This document shows, one piece after another, positions 55,829-64,000 of a stretch of DNA of 64,000 nt. This DNA comes from Deltaproteobacteria bacterium. GTDB lineage: Bacteria > Desulfobacterota > Syntrophia > Syntrophales > JACQWR01. Location: the NCBI GenBank assembly GCA_016209105.1, contig JACQWR010000028.1, forward strand, positions 135,642 through 199,641, written 5' to 3'. A program made the position numbers and the translations under genes. A model generated the notes under the pieces. It saw only the letters and a program-made list of their open reading frames with translations, ran no database searches and had not been told where the DNA came from. Each line of letters begins with the position of its first letter. Positions within the stretch are counted from its first letter, which is position 1.

Positions 55829-56221
55829 GAAAACTCCTTTCTATATCAATCATACGATTAAATACACAAAGATGCAAAATCATCGAACAGGGCGAAACCC
55901 TGCCCTCCGGCAACAGCATTATAAAAAAGAGAGGGAGAACGCTAAAGAAGCATGTTGCAGCACTTATGGAGGCAACATATCAGAAACAAATCACGCGGAC
56001 TGATCATTTTACCGCCGTTGTTCTTACGTTCCCCGGCTGTGTAGCCTATTCAATGTTTTGATGTCAAGACAATTTTCTCCCTCTTGGCAAGGGGTAAATG
56101 ATACTCAAATCGCCTCTCTGTTTTACCGATAAAACGATACTTGACATTTCTAATTTTTATGTTAGGCTCCGTGACTGTGTAACAACGGAGCTGTGCGAAA
56201 ATAACAGGGGAAACGGGAGTA

Positions 56222-57127
56222 ATGCCGAAGAATTTTTATACGCTTTTAATCGTTCCCAAAGAAAAAAGCGCCGTTAAGAAGGTAGGTTTGTCAACTGCCC
56301 TCATAAACGGCATTTGCGCATTTCTCGGTGTCTTGGTTTTATTCTTGATGTACTTTTCCTATGATTATATTCACATTAAACGTGACAAGGCTGAGCTTGA
56401 GTTTTTGAAAAAGCAGACCGTTGAACAAAAGGCGGAGATAGAAAATTTGGTTGCGAAGATTGATAATTTTGCCAACCGGATGCAGGAACTCCAGCAGTTC
56501 GACCGTAAGATCCGGATCATGGCAAATCTCGAGAAAAATCGCGATAAACAACAACTCCTCGGTATCGGTGGCCCCATCGGAGGCGACGACCGGTTAAAGT
56601 CAAAGCTGGACATTGGCGACAGAGAACTTATCGCTTCCATGCACAGTGAGGTTGGCAAGCTGAATGAGCAGGCTTCTAAACAGAAGGGCAGTTTCAAAGA
56701 ATTGCTCGATTTCCTGAAGGAACAAAAATCAATCCTCGCGACGACCCCCTCGATATGGCCAGTAGGCGGCTGGGTTACCTCTGAATTTGGACACAGAAGT
56801 TCCCCCTTTGGCGGGGAGAAAGAGCTTCATAGGGGCATTGACGTGGCTACCAGACTTGGGGCGAAGGTTCTTGCCCCGGCCGACGGCATTGTTGCTGACG
56901 TGTCCTATCATTCCGACATGGGCAATGAGGTGCGGATTGACCATGGACGGGGGATAATCACCTATTACGGCCATCTTTCCCGACATGCCGTCTCACAAGG
57001 CGCCGCCGTAAAGAGGGGTGATGTAATCGGTTACGTGGGAAGTACCGGCCGCAGCACCGGACCTCATCTTCACTACACGGTATCCTTGCATGGTGTTCCC
57101 GTCAATCCGAGAAGGTATCTGCACTGA
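56222..57127 (+). CDS. M23-family (LytM) metallopeptidase with N-terminal TM and coiled coil
   Basis: HRGIDVA....V.A.ADG.V........G..V.IDHG.G..T.Y.HLS......G..V..G..IG.VGSTG.STGPHLH. Confidence 0.9.
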   Translation: MPKNFYTLLIVPKEKSAVKKVGLSTALINGICAFLGVLVLFLMYFSYDYIHIKRDKAELEFLKKQTVEQKAEIENLVAKIDNFANRMQELQQFDRKIRIMANLEKNRDKQQLLGIGGPIGGDDRLKSKLDIGDRELIASMHSEVGKLNEQASKQKGSFKELLDFLKEQKSILATTPSIWPVGGWVTSEFGHRSSPFGGEKELHRGIDVATRLGAKVLAPADGIVADVSYHSDMGNEVRIDHGRGIITYYGHLSRHAVSQGAAVKRGDVIGYVGSTGRSTGPHLHYTVSLHGVPVNPRRYLH

Positions 57128-57233
57128 GACAGCGTTCTGCAGATTCCTGATCCTCTCATATCATACTACGAGAGAGAGGCGGCCTTCCCTATTCTGAATC
57201 TGATGAATGCGCTGATGTGTATAATGAATGCTT

Positions 57234-57259
57234 ACCGGTAATTTTACCGGTTTTTTTTT
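57234..57259 (+). terminator. Intrinsic terminator after the M23 gene
   Basis: ACCGGTAA-TT-TTACCGGT hairpin followed by T9. It ends 16 nt before the secA ATG. Confidence 0.6.
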
Positions 57260-57274
57260 AAAGGGTATGTGTTT

Positions 57275-59794
57275 ATGCTTGAGGCCATATTAAAAAAAAT
57301 TGTCGGCACCAAAAATGATCGGGAACTGAAACGGTTGTCATTTTACCTTAACGAGATTACCCGGCTGGAGCCGCAAATGATGAACATGAGCGATGCGGAG
57401 CTCCGGGGGAAAACCGACATCTTTAGAGAGAAGCTGAAAGACGGTTTAGAGCTGGAAGACATTCTGGTAGAGGCCTTTGCCGTGGCGCGAGAGGCTGCCA
57501 GGCGCACCCTTCTGATGAGGCCTTTCGACGTCCAGATTATCGGCGGTATTGTGCTCCATGAGGGTAAAATCGCGGAAATGAAGACCGGTGAGGGGAAAAC
57601 CCTGGCGGCAACGATGCCCATATATCTGAATGCCCTGAGCGGACGCGGCGTCCATGTCGTAACCGTCAACGACTACCTTGCGAAGAGGGATGCGCAGTGG
57701 ATGCAGCCTATCTATAATTTTCTCGGCATCACGGTCGGTGTCATCGTACACGATATGGACGACGAGGAACGGAAGGAGGCATACGGTTCCGATATTACCT
57801 ATGGGACAAACAACGAGTTCGGCTTCGATTACCTGCGCGACAACATGAAATTCAGTCTTGAGGATTATGTCCAGCGGGATTTTTATTATGCAATCGTGGA
57901 CGAAGTAGACAGTATCCTCATTGACGAGGCGCGAACACCCCTTATCATTTCAGGTCCTGCCGATGAATCTACCGACAAATATGTCAAGATCAACCAGATC
58001 ATCCCCCGGCTCAGGAAAGAGGTTGATTATACCGTTGATGAGAAGGCGCGCTCCGTGGTTCTTACTGAAGAAGGCATTGCCCGCGTGGAAAATTACCTTC
58101 ACGTGCAAAACCTCTATGAACCGAAAAACATAGAGATACTCCATCATGTAAACCAGGCGCTAAAGGCGCATACCCTTTTCCGGCGGGATGTGGATTATCT
58201 GGTTAAAGACGGGCAGGTGATCATCGTTGATGAATTCACCGGCCGCGTCATGCCGGGTCGGAGATACAGCGACGGTCTGCACCAGGCGCTTGAGGCCAAA
58301 GAAAAAGTAAAAATTGAGCGTGAAAATCAGACCCTTGCCTCGATTACCTTTCAGAATTACTTCCGTATGTATGAGAAGCTTGCCGGCATGACCGGCACCG
58401 CCGACACGGAAGCCGCTGAATTTAAGAAGATATACAATCTTGATGTTCTGGTCATTCCGACGAATATGCCGATGATCAGGACCGACCATACCGACGTCAT
58501 CTACAAGACGGAGAAGGAAAAGTTCAATGCCGTAATATGCGAGATCAGGGAGTTGCATAAGGAAAAGAGGCCGGTCCTGGTAGGCACCATCTCTATCGAG
58601 AAATCCGAGATATTAAGCAAACACCTGAACCGCGCCGGCATCAAACACCATGTTTTGAATGCCAAGAACCATGAGCGGGAAGCGGAAATAATCGCGCAAG
58701 CCGGTCAGTCTGCCGCGGTGACCATATCTACGAACATGGCGGGACGCGGTACGGACATCAAGCTGGGCGAAGGCGTGGCGGAATTGGGCGGGCTGCATAT
58801 CCTGGGGACGGAAAGGCATGAAAGTCGCCGCATTGACAACCAGCTCCGGGGGCGCGCGGGACGCCAGGGAGACAAGGGGTCCTCGAGATTCTATCTGTCT
58901 CTCGAGGACGATTTGCTGCGCATATTCGGCGCCGACAAGATTTCCTCCATCATGGACAGAATCGGCCTGGAAGAGGATCAGCCGATTGAACACCGGCTTA
59001 TTTCCCGTGCGATCGAAAATGCGCAGAAAAGGGTGGAAGGGCAGAATTTCGATATGCGCAAGCACGTTCTCGAGTATGACGATGTCATGAACAGACAGCG
59101 GCAGGTCATTTACGAGCAGAGAAAAAGGGCGCTGAGGGGAGAAGATCTATCATCTGACGTCGCTGACATGATTGATGAAATTATAGATGATCTTTTGCCG
59201 GAATATATAGATGAAAAGAGCCATCCGGAAGAATGGAACCTGAAAGGTCTGGAAGGCATTGTTTTTAAGCAGTTTTCCATTAAATTGAATTTGAGCGATA
59301 CGGAGCGCTGGCAGAATGCCGATGGCATCAGGGAGTATATTCTGTCAGAAGTAAACAAGCACCTCACCCATAAGGAAGAGGAATTCGGCAAGCCGATGAT
59401 GGATTATCTCGAGAAGGTGATTATGCTCCAGTCCATTGACAACCACTGGAAGGATCATTTGCTGGGCATGGATCACCTCAAGGAAGGCATAGGTCTCAGG
59501 GGATACGGCCAGCGGGATCCGATCAGAGAGTACCAGCGGGAAGGATATGAGATGTTCATGGAGATGGTAAACGGCATCAAGGTTGATACCATCGAAAAAC
59601 TCTGCATGGTTCGGATGAGTACGGAAGAAGAGCTGGAACAGGTGGCAGAGCGTCCTCGTCAGGATTTTGTCATGAGTCGGGGAGAAGAAACCGCCGCATC
59701 CGTGCCCGTTAAGCGTGAAGGGGAAAAGGTGGGCAGGAACGATCCCTGTCCGTGCGGAAGCGGGAAAAAATTCAAGAAATGTTGCGGACGGTAA
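57275..59794 (+). CDS. secA: Preprotein translocase ATPase SecA
   Basis: GEGKTL Walker A region, [31 protein letters not shown], and the C-terminal Zn motif [14 protein letters not shown]. Confidence 0.97.
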   Translation: MLEAILKKIVGTKNDRELKRLSFYLNEITRLEPQMMNMSDAELRGKTDIFREKLKDGLELEDILVEAFAVAREAARRTLLMRPFDVQIIGGIVLHEGKIAEMKTGEGKTLAATMPIYLNALSGRGVHVVTVNDYLAKRDAQWMQPIYNFLGITVGVIVHDMDDEERKEAYGSDITYGTNNEFGFDYLRDNMKFSLEDYVQRDFYYAIVDEVDSILIDEARTPLIISGPADESTDKYVKINQIIPRLRKEVDYTVDEKARSVVLTEEGIARVENYLHVQNLYEPKNIEILHHVNQALKAHTLFRRDVDYLVKDGQVIIVDEFTGRVMPGRRYSDGLHQALEAKEKVKIERENQTLASITFQNYFRMYEKLAGMTGTADTEAAEFKKIYNLDVLVIPTNMPMIRTDHTDVIYKTEKEKFNAVICEIRELHKEKRPVLVGTISIEKSEILSKHLNRAGIKHHVLNAKNHEREAEIIAQAGQSAAVTISTNMAGRGTDIKLGEGVAELGGLHILGTERHESRRIDNQLRGRAGRQGDKGSSRFYLSLEDDLLRIFGADKISSIMDRIGLEEDQPIEHRLISRAIENAQKRVEGQNFDMRKHVLEYDDVMNRQRQVIYEQRKRALRGEDLSSDVADMIDEIIDDLLPEYIDEKSHPEEWNLKGLEGIVFKQFSIKLNLSDTERWQNADGIREYILSEVNKHLTHKEEEFGKPMMDYLEKVIMLQSIDNHWKDHLLGMDHLKEGIGLRGYGQRDPIREYQREGYEMFMEMVNGIKVDTIEKLCMVRMSTEEELEQVAERPRQDFVMSRGEETAASVPVKREGEKVGRNDPCPCGSGKKFKKCCGR

Positions 59795-59797
59795 AAA

Positions 59798-61000
59798 ATG
59801 AAGCGAGAGAAGGTTGGACAATTCGCCGTTCCCGGGTTCCTGGCCAACGGTGTTTGTGCCGGCATCAAGAAAGATGGGAAGAAGGATCTTGCCCTGATAG
59901 TGAGTGAGGTGCCGGCAACGGCGGCGGCGGTTTTTACAAGCAATCTTTTTAAAGCCGCCCCTGTCGTTCTCGATGGGGAGCGGATAAAGAAAGGCAAGGC
60001 GCAGGCCATTCTCGTCAACAGCGGCAACGCCAATGCCGGCACCGGCGATAAGGGGTATGAAAACGCCCTTGCCATGTCCCGCTTTGCATCCGACAAGCTG
60101 GGGATAAGAGACAAAGATATACTGATCGCATCAACAGGGGTCATCGGCATGGATTTGCCGGTAAAAAAAGTCGGAGCCGGCATGTCAAGATTAGTCAGGG
60201 GATTGCGCTCTGAGGGGCTTGCCGATGCGGCCGAGGCGATTATGACGACGGATAAATTTCCCAAGATTGCCTCTCGGCAAGGAATCATCGGGGGCAGTGA
60301 GGTGACTATCGCCGGCATTGCCAAGGGAGCAGGGATGATAGAGCCGAACATGGCTACCATGCTTGCTTTTTTTATGACGGATGTTGCCGTTGATTATCGT
60401 GCCCTGAACAAGCTTTTCCGGAGAGCCGTCAACAGGACTTTCAACGCCATCAGCGTTGACGGGTGCATGAGCACCAACGATACAGCCATCATCCTGGCCA
60501 ACGGCTTGGCCGGGAACGGGATAATCCGGGGGGAATCATCATCAGCGGCCTTGTTCGAAGACATGCTTTCCGGCGTTATGTCGGAATTGGCAACGCTTAT
60601 CGTGCAGGACGGAGAAGGCGCCACAAAACTGATTGAAATTACGGTAAAGGGAGCCCGGGAGCGACGCGACGCAAAAAAGATAGCCTATGCGATTGCAAAC
60701 TCCAATCTGGTTAAAACCGCTTTTTTCGGCGGTGATCCGAACTGGGGAAGGATTATTTCGGCAATCGGATCGGCAGGCGTAGCAGTTACTCCCGAGAGGG
60801 TAAATGTTTTTATGGGTGGTGTCCCCATCTTTTCGGGCGGTCGGGGCGCCGTTAATTCCGGAAAGAAGCTGCAGGAAATAATGGGACTGAGCCAAATCAA
60901 TGTTAACGTCGAGCTTGGCATGGGAGATAGGGAATTCACCGTCCTCACGGCGGATCTCTCTTTCGAGTATGTGAAGATCAACGCCCACTATCACACCTGA
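59798..61000 (+). CDS. argJ: Bifunctional glutamate N-acetyltransferase / amino-acid acetyltransferase
   Basis: GF...GV.AGIKK.GK.DLALI, the self-cleavage region GMIEPNMATMLAF, and C-terminal SFEYVKINA.Y. Confidence 0.94.
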   Translation: MKREKVGQFAVPGFLANGVCAGIKKDGKKDLALIVSEVPATAAAVFTSNLFKAAPVVLDGERIKKGKAQAILVNSGNANAGTGDKGYENALAMSRFASDKLGIRDKDILIASTGVIGMDLPVKKVGAGMSRLVRGLRSEGLADAAEAIMTTDKFPKIASRQGIIGGSEVTIAGIAKGAGMIEPNMATMLAFFMTDVAVDYRALNKLFRRAVNRTFNAISVDGCMSTNDTAIILANGLAGNGIIRGESSSAALFEDMLSGVMSELATLIVQDGEGATKLIEITVKGARERRDAKKIAYAIANSNLVKTAFFGGDPNWGRIISAIGSAGVAVTPERVNVFMGGVPIFSGGRGAVNSGKKLQEIMGLSQINVNVELGMGDREFTVLTADLSFEYVKINAHYHT

Positions 61001-61163
61001 CGGCTCCGCAAGAAGTCGTTTTTAACTTGATAATTTACTGTCTTTATGGTATCAGCCACCGCAACTCACACATCCCCGGCGTAACGTGTTGCCTTCCTTC
61101 AAGAAAGAATTGGAGGGGGGTGATTTACGGGGGTGGAGGAAAAAACACGAAGGGAGCGTTGTT

Positions 61164-61994
61164 ATGGCAAATATCTCTATGAAAATGTTACTTGAGGCGG
61201 GTGTCCACTTCGGTCATCAGACGAATAAGTGGAATCCGAAAATGAAGCCCTACATATTTGGGGCGAGGAACAACATCTATATCATTGATCTTCAGCAGAC
61301 AGTCGGAATGTTCCAGACTGCATATAACTTTGTCGTGGACATGGTTGCTGAGGGCGGTGAGCTTCTTTTTGTCGGGACAAAGAAACAGGCGCAGGAGACA
61401 ATACGAGAAGAGGCGGAACGGTGCGGCATGCCCTATGTGAATCAGCGGTGGCTGGGCGGTATGCTAACTAACTTCAGCACCATAAAGAAAAGCATCGACA
61501 GGCTGAACACGCTCGATGCCATGTTCACCGATGATAGCATCAAAGCCTTTCCGAAAAAGGAGCAACTCGGTCTTAAAAAAGAACGTGATAAGCTGATCAA
61601 GGTGTTGGGAGGAATCAGAAAAATAAAAGGCTACCCGGGCGGACTTTTTGTTGTAGACCCCAAGCGTGAATACATCGCCGTCAGCGAAGCCAGGAAACTC
61701 AGGATCCCTATTGCGGGGATTGTGGACAGCAATTGCGATCCCGACGAGATTGATTATATCATCCCCGGGAACGACGATGCCATCCGGGCCATAAAGCTGT
61801 TTGCATCCAAATTCTCTGATGCCGTCCTGGAAGGGAAAAAGAGGTTTGAAGAACGTATCCAGGCGGAAAGCAACAAGCGGATTTCGTCTGAAACAGGAAG
61901 CATACCTGCCGATGCCGAGGCGGATATCCCCGAAAGCGTGGAGAGAGGGGATATGGAGACCGATGAGAAAACCGGCGAACCGATGAGTGAATAA
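61164..61994 (+). CDS. rpsB: 30S ribosomal protein S2
   Basis: [46 protein letters not shown]. The start was trimmed from the track's 61086. Confidence 0.96.
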   Translation: MANISMKMLLEAGVHFGHQTNKWNPKMKPYIFGARNNIYIIDLQQTVGMFQTAYNFVVDMVAEGGELLFVGTKKQAQETIREEAERCGMPYVNQRWLGGMLTNFSTIKKSIDRLNTLDAMFTDDSIKAFPKKEQLGLKKERDKLIKVLGGIRKIKGYPGGLFVVDPKREYIAVSEARKLRIPIAGIVDSNCDPDEIDYIIPGNDDAIRAIKLFASKFSDAVLEGKKRFEERIQAESNKRISSETGSIPADAEADIPESVERGDMETDEKTGEPMSE

Positions 61995-62013
61995 TAAGGG
62001 GAGGTAGCATACA

Positions 62014-62616
62014 TTGAACATTACACCTGCAATGGTTAAGGAATTAAGGGTAAAAACAGCGGCCGGCATGATGGATTGCAAAGAGGCGCTCACGGCTTCC
62101 GACGGCGATTCTGAAAAGGCGGTAGATTATTTGAGGAAAAAAGGCATGTCGGCTGCCACCAAGAGATCGTCGAAAGCCGCCAAGGACGGTACGATTGCCT
62201 CTTATATTCACATGGGCGGAAGAATAGGCGTCATGGTGGAGATCAATTGTGAAACGGACTTTGTTGCCAAAACGGGAGATTTTCAACAGATGGCTAAGGA
62301 TATAGCCATGCACATTGCCGCGTCGAATCCCCGCTATGTGAGGTCGGAAGAGATCACCGCAGAGGCCATGGATCGTGAGAAGGAGATATACCGGAGCCAG
62401 GCGCAGGCGGAAGGAAAACCGGAAAAAATATGGGAAAAAATTATCGAAGGCAAGCTCAAGAAGTATTACGAGGAAGTTTGCCTTTTGGAACAGAAATTCA
62501 TCAAGAATACCGATATTACCGTGGGAACCTTGGTGAGCAACATGATTGCCAAGACGGGTGAAAACATCGTCGTGAGGAGATTCGCCCGTTTCCAGTTGGG
62601 GGAAGAGACGAAATAA
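62014..62616 (+). CDS. tsf: Elongation factor Ts (short form)
   Basis: ITPAMVKELRVKTAAGMMDCKEAL....GD.EKA.DYLRKKG, then E.NCETDFVA. Confidence 0.95.
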   Translation: MNITPAMVKELRVKTAAGMMDCKEALTASDGDSEKAVDYLRKKGMSAATKRSSKAAKDGTIASYIHMGGRIGVMVEINCETDFVAKTGDFQQMAKDIAMHIAASNPRYVRSEEITAEAMDREKEIYRSQAQAEGKPEKIWEKIIEGKLKKYYEEVCLLEQKFIKNTDITVGTLVSNMIAKTGENIVVRRFARFQLGEETK

Positions 62617-62675
62617 CGGCGCGCAAGATAAGTCGGCTGCGTGCGTATGGGCATCATCGCTTTGAAGTAGGGTGA

Positions 62676-63449
<774 letters not shown>

Positions 63450-63450
63450 C

Positions 63451-64000
63451 ATGAAAGATCAAATTTTCGCACAAATGAAAGACGATATGGGAAAGGCGAT
63501 CGTGGCGCTGGAAAAGTCGCTCAACAAGGTGAGGACGGGCAGGGCCTCACTTTCTCTTCTGGACGGGATCAAAGCTGAGTACTACGGGACGCTTACGCCC
63601 CTTAATCAGATGGCTTCCCTGTCGATACCGGAAAACAGGTTGATCATCATATCTCCTTGGGACACGGGAGTTATCAACAGCATTGAGAAAGCCATTCAGA
63701 AGGCCGATTTGGGGATGAATCCGACCAGCGACGGGAAGGTCATCCGTCTTTCCATTCCTCCCCTTACGGAAGAGAGACGCAAAGACCTGGTAAAACAGGT
63801 AAAGAAGATGGGAGAGGAATGCAAGATCAAGCAAAGGAATGCCCGGAGGGAGGCGAATGAACGCCTGAAGTCTCTTAAGACGGACAACAAGATATCTGAG
63901 GATGAGTTCCACGTTGCACAGGATGAAGTTCAGAAAATAACCGATAAGCAAATAGAAAAGACTGATGTGGTAATCACGGCCAAAGAAAAGGAAATAATGG
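63451..64000 (+). CDS. frr: Ribosome-recycling factor, 183 codons; the last few codons lie beyond the right edge
   Basis: My translation is MKDQIFAQMKDDMGKAIVALEKSLNKVRTGRASLSLLDGIKAEYYGTLTPLNQMASLSIPENRLIIISPWD...RLSIPPLTEERRKDLVK.... It is not in the ORF track because it is open at the edge. Confidence 0.93.
   Translation, partial: MKDQIFAQMKDDMGKAIVALEKSLNKVRTGRASLSLLDGIKAEYYGTLTPLNQMASLSIPENRLIIISPWDTGVINSIEKAIQKADLGMNPTSDGKVIRLSIPPLTEERRKDLVKQVKKMGEECKIKQRNARREANERLKSLKTDNKISEDEFHVAQDEVQKITDKQIEKTDVVITAKEKEIM

Noticed and set aside
55829-56221. Possible replication origin at the strand-switch point. Nearly all genes to the left are on the minus strand and all genes to the right are on the plus strand, across a 393-bp spacer.
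   Set aside because: - I found no TTATCCACA/TGTGGATAA-type DnaA boxes in the spacer.
- There is no dnaA, dnaN, gidA or parAB neighbourhood.
- There is no pronounced AT-rich unwinding tract.
- A local divergent promoter region explains the switch more simply.
- A genome-wide cumulative GC-skew plot would settle it.
57220-57225. A TATAAT hexamer upstream of secA as a promoter
   Set aside because: - It lies only 8 nt upstream of the M23 terminator hairpin.
- I could find no convincing -35 element.
- The evidence is insufficient to call it.

Overview
The window is a gene-dense 64 kb chromosomal segment of about 55% GC. It probably comes from a strictly anaerobic, deltaproteobacterium-like (Syntrophus/Syntrophales-type) organism, but that taxonomic guess is inference only. 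I saw no rRNA, tRNA, CRISPR array, transposase, integrase or phage genes.

Layout:
- 1-5.0 kb: housekeeping genes lysS (partial), ssb, tatA, a rodZ-like gene, suhB, a yjbQ-like gene and trxA. A family of intergenic repeats is scattered among them.
- 5.2-24.4 kb: one uninterrupted minus-strand anaerobic cobalamin supercluster of 22 genes. It splits into two units, each headed by a cobalamin riboswitch that I could read directly from the sequence.
  - Unit A: riboswitch 2 at about 24.24-24.39 kb, then cobC-cobU-cobT-cobS-(cobD::cbiP fusion)-cbiB-cobO-cbiA-cbiC-cbiX.
  - Unit B: riboswitch 1 at about 14.24-14.38 kb, then an outer-membrane beta-barrel, cbiM, a cbiN-like gene, cbiQ, cbiO, cbiD, cbiE, cbiL, cbiF, cbiG, cbiH and cbiJ.
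- 24.6-49.4 kb: a catabolic/accessory block.
  - It starts with an aminotransferase, a bicupin plus Amidohydro_2 pair and a GNAT.
  - A roughly 19.5 kb co-oriented minus-strand run follows: M24 hydrolase, LacI regulator, GlcD/GlcF-like 2-hydroxyacid dehydrogenase, lipB-lipA, a 2-oxoacid/acetoin-type dehydrogenase complex (E1alpha, E1beta, E2, E3), tctB-A-C, dctP-Q-M and a tungsten-type aldehyde:ferredoxin oxidoreductase.
  - Two LacI-type palindromic operators sit in the divergent promoter region at 48.2-48.4 kb.
- 49.5-64 kb: housekeeping genes acyP, ligA, a HIT protein, a lapA-like gene, mogA, an EF-G paralog, an M23 peptidase, secA, argJ, rpsB, tsf, pyrH and frr (partial).

The most interesting observations:
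- a riboswitch-controlled outer-membrane barrel sits in front of the ECF cobalt transporter;
- the two riboswitches appear to use different expression platforms;
- cobD and cbiP are fused;
- a dispersed intergenic repeat family includes an inverted pair bracketing yjbQ-trxA;
- the LacI-linked catabolic run is large and has no assigned substrate.

I cannot claim that any of these is truly undescribed without database searches.
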